Source of the DNA: an uncultured delta proteobacterium
Lineage (GTDB): Bacteria; Desulfobacterota; WTBG01; CAIYCZ01; CAIRTM01
DNA length: 64,000 nt
Assembly (NCBI GenBank): GCA_963718965.1
Contig: CAVRBJ010000027.1
Span: 1,470 to 65,469 of the forward strand
Direction of reading: 5' to 3'
Shown: in pieces, positions 51,647 through 61,290 of the stretch
Position numbering within the stretch: position 1 is the stretch's first letter
Layout: each line of letters starts with the position of its first letter
Program-made: the position numbers and the translations under genes
Notes under the pieces: model-generated
What the model was told of the DNA's origin: nothing
The model's database searches: none
What the model saw: only the letters and a program-made list of their open reading frames with translations

Positions 51647-54448
51647 TTATGATGTTGCCTTCTGCCGCTTGAGGCCCGCATCCACCGCTGCAGCCATGGC
51701 AGCCTCATCAAGCCCGCCGCCAAGAAAGGCGTTTACCTGCCGGGCCGCCTCGGCAGGACTGCCAACGCACAGATCATAGCTGAGGTACAGCACATGCATA
51801 TGGCTGCGCGCCATATAAATTTTTGCCGATTCCACCTGTTTGCGAAATACCTCCTTGAGGCGCTCATCAGTGAGCCTGGCGCCTGTTGCGCTCTGTCTCT
51901 CGATCATCACGCGCTGCGAGCGGACCACCTCGTCGAGATTGCGGTTCATGAATATGATACGGCAGGCAAGCCCTGGCGGCAGAAATTTCAGAAGCGGCGA
52001 CACGATCTTCACGCAGGAGCCTTTAGCCTCGCCGAGCCAGGCAGTGTCGCGGGCAAGGGCCTTTACTTTTTCATGCTCATAATAGCCTTTCGGATTGTCC
52101 TCATCTGCGGTTCTTTCTCCATCGGAAAAAGGAGCAAGGCCGCCTGCGGCAAGCATCTGCATGAGCATGGAAGTGCCTGAGCGCGGCAGGCCCGACACGA
52201 TGGTTAGAATCTCATTGCGATCAACAGGGCCTTCCACAGGCGATGAAATACCCGCCTCGGTTACGCCCAGCCCTGCGCTGCCTGCAACCGCATGAGGACG
52301 CAGGTCTTCCGACCTGATCTGCCTGCTGTCGTGTATGCGCTGCACAGCCCCGGTGGCCAGGCTGCGGCACTCGGCTGCCTTCTCCGGGTCTTTCAAACCG
52401 CGGCGGTAGATGAAGGCCATGCGCCGGTAGGCAGCCGGAAAATTCGGGTTCTGCTGTACGGCAACCTGCAGTGCCTTGATGGCTTCCTCAAGCCGGCCCA
52501 ACCGGTGAAGCGCCACGGCAAGCAGAAAGTGGCTTACCGGGCTGTGATAGTTGAGCCCGATTGATTCCAGTGCTTCATCAACAGCCTCGAAATTGCTCTT
52601 GAGCCCCAGCAGGCTGCGGCAGCGCCCGAGATGCGATGGAGCATGATCGGGGTCAAGCTCCAGTGCCGTGCCGAAACTTTCATTGGCGTCAAAAAACCGC
52701 CGCTGCCGCAGATACACCTCGCCGATCTGGGCATACAGGCCGGGCTGGCCGGTATCGGATCGAGCGGCATTAAGCAAATGCTCAAGTGCTTCTTTCAGCC
52801 TTCCCTCGCCAAACAGCAGGCGGCCCATGAGATATTCCATGGCATACGGGTTCTGCGAAGCCGCCGTCTGCAGGTTCTGTATCTCCTCTTTTTCCTTGTC
52901 GGTCATATCCTCGAATGTTTTGTCGCCGAGCTTCTCGCGCAGCTCCTTCAATTTCGGCAGAGCTTCCATGGCGTTTTTCTGCTTGCGCGACAAAAGATCC
53001 TCCAGCACGCGCCTGGCTTCGGGCGTTTTGTCAAGGGCCTGCAGACAGCTCACCAGATGTATGCCGAAGCGATACTGATCGGGCCATTTTTCAAGCAGTT
53101 CCTCCAGCAGCGCCGCGGCCTCGGCGTGCCGGGAGGCGTCCATATAGGCCCGTGCCAGATTATAGTTGAGCTCGCGCACGCACTGGTCAATGGCCTGCTG
53201 TTTGTTTTCAGGCGGTTTTTCAATATACCCCAGCGCCACGAGCTGCTGTATGGCCTCCTGCGCCTCCACCGGGTCAATGCGCTTTGCCGGATCATGCATG
53301 CCATCAGGGCCCGGCACCGCATCCCACGTGGGTATGGCCGTTACTGCGGGCGGGCATTCAAATGCCTGCACCAGCGGCTTGCCGTCCATGTCTTCGCCCA
53401 CCGGCAGCCCCAGCAGCGTGAGCACCGTGGGGCAGATATCCAGCAGCGACGCGCCGTGAATAAGCTCGTCTCTTTTTATGCCCGGCCCGGCCATGACGAA
53501 AATGCCGTAGGGCCTGTGCTGAGCAGCAGGGCCCGCCGGCTCATGCGGGATATGGCGCGGCCGCAGATGATCTGAATGAAAGCCGTGATCAGAAACGATA
53601 ATAACGGTCGTATCCCTGCCTGCTTCTTCAAGCAGAGCACCCAGTATGATATCATGCAGGATATAGCCGCTTTCAACCACATGAGAGTAAATCTCAAAAT
53701 CCTTTTCATCAACCCAGGGCTGCCGGGGCGGATTATAGCGCATAAAGGCATGGCCGAAATGGTCGATGCCGTCGAAATACACGCCCGTAAACCGCCAGGG
53801 CTCATGATGCATGACGGCAAGGGCTGCATTGCGTATGGTGAGGGTTTCGCAAATGATTTTTGCAAGCGTCTCCAGCCGGTGGTCCTTCTCCTGATCGATG
53901 CCGCTGATGTCCGGAACAAAGGGCTGAATATGCCCGCCGTCGAGCTGCTGCGGGTGCACGCGCAGGCGCGCGAGGTTATCGGTGATGCGCACCGGATGCA
54001 CGGCGCCGCGCATCACGGGCCAGGGCTCATCGATTTTGCCGGCTATGCGCTGGTAGTGGTTTGAAACCATAACGCCATTGATGGGCTCTGCCGGATGCGA
54101 CGGCCACCAGCCGATGACATTGCAGGGCATGCTGTTCTGCGACAGGATATTCCACAGGGCCTTGGTCGTGCGCGACAGATTGGTCACCGGCCGCACGCCC
54201 TGTCCATCGGGGTCGGGCTCGGTAAAACCGTGAATGCCGTGATTGAAAGGCCGCTTGCCCGTGGCTATGGATGTCCAGAGCATGGGCGACAGCTCAGGGT
54301 AGAGCGTGCTCAAATTGCCCATAATGCCCCGCTCCACCAGCTGCTCCAGGTTGGGCATCTTGCCGGCATCCATCAGCGGATTGATTATTTTCCAGTCTGC
54401 CGCGTCCCAGCCGATAAGCAGTATTTTTTCCCCGGTTTGACCTGTCAT
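51647..54448 (-). CDS. Alkaline-phosphatase/phosphodiesterase-TPR-sulfotransferase fusion
   Basis: IGWDAADW, LSPMLWTSIATG, DHFGH, SDHGFH; TPR repeats; PAPS-binding SGLPRSGTS and FMNR..EVVRSQ. Confidence 0.88.
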   Translation of the reverse strand: MTGQTGEKILLIGWDAADWKIINPLMDAGKMPNLEQLVERGIMGNLSTLYPELSPMLWTSIATGKRPFNHGIHGFTEPDPDGQGVRPVTNLSRTTKALWNILSQNSMPCNVIGWWPSHPAEPINGVMVSNHYQRIAGKIDEPWPVMRGAVHPVRITDNLARLRVHPQQLDGGHIQPFVPDISGIDQEKDHRLETLAKIICETLTIRNAALAVMHHEPWRFTGVYFDGIDHFGHAFMRYNPPRQPWVDEKDFEIYSHVVESGYILHDIILGALLEEAGRDTTVIIVSDHGFHSDHLRPRHIPHEPAGPAAQHRPYGIFVMAGPGIKRDELIHGASLLDICPTVLTLLGLPVGEDMDGKPLVQAFECPPAVTAIPTWDAVPGPDGMHDPAKRIDPVEAQEAIQQLVALGYIEKPPENKQQAIDQCVRELNYNLARAYMDASRHAEAAALLEELLEKWPDQYRFGIHLVSCLQALDKTPEARRVLEDLLSRKQKNAMEALPKLKELREKLGDKTFEDMTDKEKEEIQNLQTAASQNPYAMEYLMGRLLFGEGRLKEALEHLLNAARSDTGQPGLYAQIGEVYLRQRRFFDANESFGTALELDPDHAPSHLGRCRSLLGLKSNFEAVDEALESIGLNYHSPVSHFLLAVALHRLGRLEEAIKALQVAVQQNPNFPAAYRRMAFIYRRGLKDPEKAAECRSLATGAVQRIHDSRQIRSEDLRPHAVAGSAGLGVTEAGISSPVEGPVDRNEILTIVSGLPRSGTSMLMQMLAAGGLAPFSDGERTADEDNPKGYYEHEKVKALARDTAWLGEAKGSCVKIVSPLLKFLPPGLACRIIFMNRNLDEVVRSQRVMIERQSATGARLTDERLKEVFRKQVESAKIYMARSHMHVLYLSYDLCVGSPAEAARQVNAFLGGGLDEAAMAAAVDAGLKRQKATS

Positions 54449-54594
54449 TATAGTGCTGTCCCCTGTGGTGGTATGGTATGCGCCCGAGCGCTGCTTTTCC
54501 TGCTGGAGCAGTAAAAAAACTTTGATCTAGACACTATATAATACAAGGCGGCAGGGATGAGAAGCACTTATTGCTGCGCTGCGCGCCGCCAAAC

Positions 54595-54635
54595 AAAAAA
54601 GCCTCCCGCAGGCTGTGCACCCGCGGGAGGCTTTT
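54595..54635 (-). terminator. Intrinsic terminator
   Basis: aaaaaagcctcccgc...gcgggaggctttt downstream of the gene remnant ending at 54658. Confidence 0.8.
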
Positions 54636-54657
54636 AGTTATTAACATTGAGCGAGGC

Positions 54658-54867
54658 TTAGAACTGCGCCACCTTCAGCGAGCCGGCGCAGTCATCCACG
54701 GTCACCTTAAAGGTGTCACCGCTCTGCATCAGCAGCGGCTTCACCCGCACCAGAGCAATGATGGTCTTCGGGCTGATGAGCAGCTTGATCAGAGTTTTCA
54801 CACCCTCCGTGCCCCAGTCAAGCGTGCTTTGCCTTGTGAAATAGGCATTCTCCTCGCCCCATAATAA
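54658..54867 (-). pseudogene. Orphan C-terminal domain related to the C-terminus of the 55331-56526 protein
   Basis: Manual translation LLWGEENAYFTRQSTLDWGTEGVKTLIKLLISPKTIIALVRVKPLLMQSGDTFKVTVDDCAGSLKVAQF*, preceded in frame by TAG; not in the ORF track. Confidence 0.6.
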
Positions 54868-55111
54868 CTAAACCGACAACCGTTCCAGCACCATCCAAAC
54901 ATCAAACAAGCCTCTGCGCTTACAAACTTCTTCCAGGAAGGGCCCATAGACATTGGACATCTAGGCCCCCAGATCGATCGTGTGGATGGTATTAGTAGCG
55001 GCATCTTTATCAACACATCCGGCAGGGTAACCCAAACAGCCCGGGGTGGGGCAAAGGCTTAAGAAAAACACATATATGGCCTTTTTAGTAAAAAAAATCG
55101 TTTGAATTCGA

Positions 55112-55225
55112 CTTCCACCGCCCTTCCGGGCGGGACTTTACGCCGCATTCATGGCTGCGCCAACACGATTTCTTTATTTGCATTTTAAGCCATTCATCCC
55201 CGCCTGCAGGGCGGGGTATTCTGGT
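55112..55225. mobile_element. IS200/IS605-type miniature element remnant
   Basis: Paired GC hairpins ccgcccttccgggcggg and ttcatccccgcctgcagggcggggtattct, resembling IS605 ends; no ORF between them. Confidence 0.5.
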
Positions 55226-55235
55226 TGATTTTCAT

Positions 55236-55276
55236 AAATCGGCCTAACTACTCTATCTAAGTAGTTAGGCCGATTT
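55236..55276 (-). terminator. Intrinsic terminator
   Basis: aaatcggcctaactact...agtagttaggccgattt. Confidence 0.75.
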
Positions 55277-55330
55277 GACACCTGTCTATTTAAACTTTCT
55301 ATTCCCAAAGGCGGAGATTATTGTACGTGT

Positions 55331-56526
55331 TTATTTCACCAAGGTCAGTGTTGCGGTGCAGCTTCCTATCAGCGCACGATAATCACCTTTGCCAAGGGCA
55401 GCTCCGTCAATGCTCACTTCCATAAACATAAACCGTTTAAAGAATGCATTTTTGCTCACGACCGATATGGAACTGTTCTCCCATTTAACGGGAGTGGTGT
55501 CGTCAAACACCGTCCCCTTCTTGCCGATGACGAGCAGGCGCCGGGTCTTCTCTTTTTCACCCAGAAACCAGCCTAGTTGCGAAGGAATGATTTTCACCTC
55601 GCAGTCCGGGCAGATTTCATTATAAAAAGAATCGTTATCGTTGCAGTCTGGCCCAGCTGTGCAGTTCTCTCCATAGGTGTCATTGTCATTATCAATGCAG
55701 TTAGGAATAAAAGCGAGGCAGTCTGCCACTGCTCCACCGGGGAATGCGCCTACCAGTGTGGAACTGCCGGTGGTGGTGTTATCCGTGAGCAGTTCACCAT
55801 TACCGCAACTAGATGCTGCAAGGTAAAGCTCTCCCGTATTTCTATCGAATGACATGCCCGTGCGCAAGTGGCACACGCGATCACCGATATCTTCCCGCGC
55901 CGGTTACCGGGTTTATTCTTATGAGGGTATCATTGAAGATCTCCACGCCGTACATCTCATTTGATGCATTAATGGCAATGTCGATGATGGCAGGAGCGTC
56001 GGTTATCTCCCCAATCACGGTAGCTGTTCCTGTCACAGGGTCGATATTATAAAGGGTTGATCGGGAAACATCCGTTGATGAGGCATACAGTATGCCGTCC
56101 ACAGACGCGGTCATGCCTGTCCATACTTCGCCCGCCCGTGGCTTTGAAGCGCCGATAAGGGTCTCAGCAGCGGTTTTCGTATCTATGGTATAGAGATTGT
56201 TTTCGTTATAGCTGAGGACATACAGTGTTGAGTTGTCATTATTTAAAAAATCCCCAGCATAGAATCCTTTAACAGCAGAGACTGGACCAATAACCGTCCA
56301 TACAGTAGGATCGGCATTGTGGAACACCAGTGCCCGAAATCCAGAGACGGGCATTTGAGCCTTCCGTAGATGCACTTTTAAATACGGGTGCTTCAATAAA
56401 AGATGGCCCGGTTGGCGGTGTATATCCTGTCGAAGTGCCGTCAGACATACCAGCCAGACTAGGGCCTGCATTCAAAGCCAAACAGAAACATATTGCAAGA
56501 ACCATCAAAAAAAATACTTTTTTCAT
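55331..56526 (-). CDS. Secreted protein: beta-propeller-like domain, Cys/Asp Ca-binding motif and beta-rich C-terminal domain; frameshifted
   Basis: Signal peptide MKKVFFLMVLAIC, RBS AGGAGG; repeats LYTIDTKTA / LYNIDPVTGTATVIG / LIRINPVTGAG; CIDNDNDTYGENCTAGPDCNDND. Confidence 0.75.
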
Positions 56527-56580
56527 CCTGCCCTCCTTTTAATGTGTTTTTTGTTGAAAGACTGAAATAGCTCTATCTAA

Positions 56581-56672
56581 TAAACTACCCCGCCGCAAGC
56601 GGACGGGGCATCTCGTTTAGCATACTATAATTTCAACGCCGTAAACAACGGGGAATTAACCCTAAGCGATTA
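56581..56672. mobile_element. IS200/IS605-derived miniature palindromic element
   Basis: taaactaccccgccgcaagcggacggggcatc ... aacgccgtaaacaacgggaattaaccctaagcgatt. Confidence 0.5.
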
Positions 56673-56726
56673 ATAATATATTCTTAAGAATATAGCTGAT
56701 GAATTTTTTATTTCAATAAAAAATAA

Positions 56727-56764
56727 AACAAAAAAGCCCTGCGGATTTTTGCAGGGCTTTTTTT
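56727..56764 (-). terminator. Intrinsic terminator
   Basis: aaaaaagccctgc..gcagggcttttttt. Confidence 0.8.
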
Positions 56765-56782
56765 ATAATACTTATTTGTTTC

Positions 56783-58335
56783 TTACACAGGAATATTGCC
56801 GTGCTTTTTTGCCGGACGGTATTCGCGCTTGTTGCGCATGGCATCAAGAGCGCTGATAAGCACCTTGCGGGTTTCCGCTGGCACCAGCACCGCATCGACA
56901 TAGCCGCGCGCCGCTGCAATATAGGGGTTGTTGAAAAGTTCGCGGTATTCGTCGATCTTCTCCCTGCGCTTTGCCTTGGGGTCTTCGGCTGCCTTGATCT
57001 CCGAGCGGTGAATGATATTTGCAGCCCCCTCTGCGCCCATGACCGCGATTTCGGCCGACGGCCAGGCATAGACAAAATCGGCGCCAAGGTGCTTGGAGCA
57101 CATGGCAATATATGCCCCGCCATAAGCCTTGCGGGTGATGAGCGTCATCTTGGGAACGGTGGCCTCAGAGTAGCTCCACAGCAGCTTTGCGCCGTGACGG
57201 ATGATGCCGTTCCACTCCTGATCGGTGCCGGGCAGGTAGCCGGGACATCTACCAGGGTGAGCAGCGGAATATTGAAAGCGTCGCAACAGCGTATGAAGCG
57301 CGAGGCCTTATCCGATGCATGGACATCAAGAGCGCCGCCCATGACCATGGGCTGGTTGGCGATGATGCCTATCACATCGCCGTTGAGGCGGGCGAAGCAC
57401 ACCACGATATTCTGTGCAAACAGCTCATGGGGCTCGAAGAAGACACCATTGTCAACAATGGAGGCGATAACCCGCTTGATATCATACGGCTGATTCGGAT
57501 TATCGGGAATAAGCGTGTTGAGTTCCGTGCATTCCCGGTCGGGGCTGTCGCCGGTATCGGCATGGGGCGCATCTTCCATATTGTTTGACGGAAGGTAGGA
57601 GAGCAGCTCCTTGATCATATCAAGGGCATGCGCATCGCTTTCAGCGGCAAACTGCGCCACGCCGCTTTTTGTATTATGCACGATTGCGCCGCCCAGGCCT
57701 TCATGGTCGGTTTCTTCGCCGGTCACCGATTTAATGACTTCGGGGCCGGTTATGTACATGTAGCTCGAATTCTTCACCATGAAGATAAAATCTGTCATGG
57801 CAGGAGAATAAACCGCGCCGCCTGCAGTGGGGCCCATGATGCAGGTGATCTGGGGAATAACACCTGATGCGGCCGAGTTTCGGAAAAATATTTCACCGAA
57901 GCCGAACAGAGCATCGATGCCCTCCTGAATGCGGGCGCCGCCAGAATCGTTGAGGCCCACGCAGGGCGCGCCTGCCTTCATGGCAAGGTCCATCACCTTG
58001 GTTATTTTCTTGGCATGCATTTCCCCGAGCGTGCCGCCGCGGGCCGTGAAGTCCTGAGCATAGGCATACACTGTGCGTCCGTTCACTTTGCCATAGCCCG
58101 TTATAACGGCATCGGCTGGTATGTCGGTCTCGGGCATATCGAAATAGCCGCAGCGGTGCTGCACGAACATATCGACTTCCTGAAACGTGCCGGGATCAAA
58201 CAAGTGGTTAAGGCGCTCCCGCGCTGTCATTTTGCCTTTCGACTTCTGGCTTTCAACGCCTTTGGCGCCGCCCATCTTTTGTACTTTTTCTTTTTTCTGC
58301 AGCAATGCATCAATTTTTTCCGTGATCAAGCCCAT
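56783..58335 (-). CDS. Acyl-CoA (propionyl/methylmalonyl-CoA) carboxyltransferase subunit; frameshift near 57245
   Basis: GKMTARERL, NDSGGARIQEG, AGGAVYSPA, RKAYGGAY, KKHGNIPV. Confidence 0.93.
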
Positions 58336-58452
58336 GCTCCTGTCTCCTTTCATACCAAACATGCACTATAGCTTTTAAAAGTTTTTTAATACCTATAGTC
58401 TACATGGATTTTCAAAAAATTGCCAAGAAAAACACCCGGAATAAATCTCTGG

Positions 58453-58722
58453 TTACAGGGGTATGCGGCGCTGCTTTGCATAGCTCGAGATGGTGGAAAT
58501 AGCCTGGTTCAGGCGCTGCAGCTTCTGGTTTTTTGCCTTCACGGCCATCACATCGTCAATAGGAACCTGATCGCCCCGTATTTCCCGCTGGACAATGCCG
58601 ATATTGACCATAATCGTCTTGAGGTCAGAAGGCGTATACTGCTTGATATTTGACACCGTGATAGTGGTGACCCCTTTGGCAATATCACCTGCAAGCATTT
58701 TCGGGCTGCCGCTAATGGCCAT
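58453..58722 (-). CDS. Small hypothetical helical protein
   Basis: 89 aa MAISGSPKMLAGDIAKG..; purine-rich RBS. Confidence 0.7.
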   Translation of the reverse strand: MAISGSPKMLAGDIAKGVTTITVSNIKQYTPSDLKTIMVNIGIVQREIRGDQVPIDDVMAVKAKNQKLQRLNQAISTISSYAKQRRIPL

Positions 58723-58782
58723 ATGCAATCCCCCTTTCTTCTATTTATATATCCTATATCATACAGCGGGCTGCTTCTGAAA

Positions 58783-58818
58783 GAAAAAAAGGCCCGATGC
58801 CGGGCATCGGGCCTTTTG
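58783..58818 (-). terminator. Terminator of the hdr operon
   Basis: aaaaaaaggcccgatgcc-g-ggcatcgggcctttt. Confidence 0.8.
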
Positions 58819-58849
58819 GGGACATGCTGCTTAAATAACCGAAGAACCT

Positions 58850-59632
58850 CTATATTACTAAGGGCTTCTTGCCGAATTTGCTGCACAGTTCCTGTATTGC
58901 CCGGGAAGGCTCAGGCGGGCGCACAACTACCACCATGCAAAAATCTTCTTCCTGTGCGCTGTCGTTTTCCGTATAAGCGATGAGGATATTACCGCTTTCC
59001 GCATTTTCTTTGACACCGGCTATGGCCGCTTTTTTTAATGTGATATACGGGCCGGAAGACTCTGCAGCACACTGGCCTTCAGGACAAAATACAAAAATTC
59101 CGGCGTCTTTCACTTTCTCAAGCAGCAGAGCTGCCTGATTCATACTATAGGCCATGCTGCCGCTTGCATCTGCATCGGCAATAATAAAGGCGATTTTTTG
59201 AGGAATTCGTCCGTCGAAGGGCCGCAGCACCAGGCCGCCATAGGGGCCGTCGCTTGACAGAATTTTTTCAAACTCAAGACCGCTCACGACATTGGCATAC
59301 TGCCGGTAGCCGAATTCGCCTTTTTTGATTGGCATCTGCTCATCTGCGGTAGAGGAGATAACGACATCATCAAATGTGATGTCAATAATGTCATCCTGCT
59401 GCTCAAACACTATTGCCCTGGGCTTGCATACGGCAAGGCAAAGCCCGCAGCCCAGGCACCTTCTGCAGCTGAGGCAGCGGCGGGCTTCCTGCTGGGCAGC
59501 CTCCCGGCTGAAGCCGACCTCGACTTCGTCAAAGCTCTGTATCCGGGCGGCCACCTCGAGCTCTGGCATGCGCTGCCGCTCGGCCGGGATATCGGTAAAA
59601 TCAATTATATAGCGTCCTGCTTGCTCCGGCAT
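58850..59632 (-). CDS. HdrL/HdrA-like C-terminal module (degenerate)
   Basis: FDEVEVGF..EARRCLSCRRCLGCGLCLAVC, GEFGY..NVVSGLEFEKILSSDGP..RPFDG..KIAFI. Lacks QCVGSR/CS..CC. Confidence 0.8.
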   Translation of the reverse strand: MPEQAGRYIIDFTDIPAERQRMPELEVAARIQSFDEVEVGFSREAAQQEARRCLSCRRCLGCGLCLAVCKPRAIVFEQQDDIIDITFDDVVISSTADEQMPIKKGEFGYRQYANVVSGLEFEKILSSDGPYGGLVLRPFDGRIPQKIAFIIADADASGSMAYSMNQAALLLEKVKDAGIFVFCPEGQCAAESSGPYITLKKAAIAGVKENAESGNILIAYTENDSAQEEDFCMVVVVRPPEPSRAIQELCSKFGKKPLVI

Positions 59633-59640
59633 ACTGTTCC

Positions 59641-61275
59641 CTATTTCTCTTGAAGATACTGATGAATTGCTGCTGCTCCGTCTTTGCCTGCGGCCACCGC
59701 ACCTACGGCAATCCATGGCCCGGTCACGCAGTCTCCGCCGGAAAATACGCCTGCCCTGCTTGTGGCGCAGGTTTTCGGATCGGCAATAATAGTGCCCCAG
59801 GTGGTAGCGGCAATGCCGCTGTCCTGCGGCAGAAACGAGATGTCCGAGGCCTGGCCGATGGCAGGTATTACCGTATCAAGGGCCAGCTCGAATTCCGAAC
59901 CCTCAATCGGCACGGGCCGGCGCCTGCCCGATGCATCAGGCTCGCCAAGGGCCATGCGGTTGCATTTCAGCCCGGAAACTTTTCCGTTTTGAACCAGAAC
60001 CTCCAGCGGCGCCACAAGGTATTCAATTTTAATTCCTTCATGCAGCGAAGCCTCTATTTCCTCGGGGATGGCGGGCATCTCATCGCGGGTTCTGCGGTAG
60101 AGGATGATTACCTCCTGCGCGCCGAGCCGAAGGGAAGTGCGGGCTGCATCCATGGCAACATTGCCGCCTCCGAGTATGGCCACGCGTTTGCCCAGCTTCA
60201 CGGGATTGCCAAGAGCGGCATCGCGCAGAAACTCTATGCCGGACACAACACCGTCAGCCTCCTCGTTGGGGATTTTCAGCTTTTGATCCCTGTGGGACCC
60301 TACGGCAATGAAGGCCGCCTGATAGCCCTGCTTGAAAAGATCCTCAAAAGCAATGTCTGCACCGATGCGCACACCTGTTTTAATTTCAACGCCCAGCTGT
60401 TTCACATAATCAATTTCCCGGTTGAGGATATCGCGCGGGAGGCGGTACTTTGGAATACCAACTGCAAGCATGCCGCCTGCGACAGGAAGCGCCTCGAAAA
60501 TCGTGACCCCGTAGCCTGCGCACGCCAGATCATAGGCGCAGGCAAGCCCGGCAGGCCCTGCGCCGATGACGGCCACTTTTTTGCCGTTGGGCTGGATTTT
60601 GGGAATGGCGTCTTCATCACCGAAGTCTGCTGCAAAGCGCTTCAGGTCCCTGATGCACAGGGGCTTGTCCTTATAGGTCCTGTTGCATTTTTCCTCGCAT
60701 GGATGCGGACAGACCCTTCCCAGTGTTGCGGGAAAAATAATCCGCTGCCTGATCAGCTCGAAGGCTTCCTTGAAACTGCCGTCGGCAATCAGTCCCACAT
60801 AGCCGCGCACATCCAGATGCACCGGGCAGGTTTCCTCGCAGATCGGGCGCTCTTTAATGAGGTTGTATGCTTTTGTTTCGGTGTTGAAAAAATCGATGCC
60901 GGTCCGCAGGGCAAGGCCGGCGCTGCAGTCGTCCCAGAGGTGCACGGGGCAGACCTTGATGCACTCGCCGCAGCTGTCGCACTTTTCTTCGATGATGCGC
61001 GCGGCTGTTTTTCTGAGCTTAACCCTGAAGCCGCCATTGTCTTTCTTGATATCATCAAAGGCAACATTGCCGATAAGCCGTATGTTTTTATGGCTCTTTA
61101 CCTCCTGCCAGCGCGAAGAGGAAAAACCGGCATCATGACTTGCGCCGAGCCCCTCACCGCCGATGCCGGGTGAATGGTCAACCAGATACACCTCATTGCC
61201 GGCATTGGCAAGCTCCAGGGCCGACTGAAGGCCTGCGGAGTCGCTTCCTATGACTAATACTTTCTTTGCTGCCAC
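59641..61275 (-). CDS. HdrL-like protein: degenerate HdrA N-terminus plus GltD-type NAD(P)H oxidoreductase
   Basis: CDSCGECIKVCP, CEETCP..GRVCPHPCEEKC, GAGPAG, GGGNVAMD, YRR, GGDCVTGP. Confidence 0.88.
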   Translation of the reverse strand: MAAKKVLVIGSDSAGLQSALELANAGNEVYLVDHSPGIGGEGLGASHDAGFSSSRWQEVKSHKNIRLIGNVAFDDIKKDNGGFRVKLRKTAARIIEEKCDSCGECIKVCPVHLWDDCSAGLALRTGIDFFNTETKAYNLIKERPICEETCPVHLDVRGYVGLIADGSFKEAFELIRQRIIFPATLGRVCPHPCEEKCNRTYKDKPLCIRDLKRFAADFGDEDAIPKIQPNGKKVAVIGAGPAGLACAYDLACAGYGVTIFEALPVAGGMLAVGIPKYRLPRDILNREIDYVKQLGVEIKTGVRIGADIAFEDLFKQGYQAAFIAVGSHRDQKLKIPNEEADGVVSGIEFLRDAALGNPVKLGKRVAILGGGNVAMDAARTSLRLGAQEVIILYRRTRDEMPAIPEEIEASLHEGIKIEYLVAPLEVLVQNGKVSGLKCNRMALGEPDASGRRRPVPIEGSEFELALDTVIPAIGQASDISFLPQDSGIAATTWGTIIADPKTCATSRAGVFSGGDCVTGPWIAVGAVAAGKDGAAAIHQYLQEK

Positions 61276-61290
61276 GATTTTTATATCCTG

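Noticed and set aside
54798-55016. 72-aa ORF
   Set aside because: Different frame from the recognisable C-terminal domain; probably decayed sequence.
59650-61173. 507-aa plus-strand ORF (likewise 16166-16960, 32267-33067, 44111-45079, 52631-53575)
   Set aside because: Antisense shadows of well-supported genes with no recognisable motifs.
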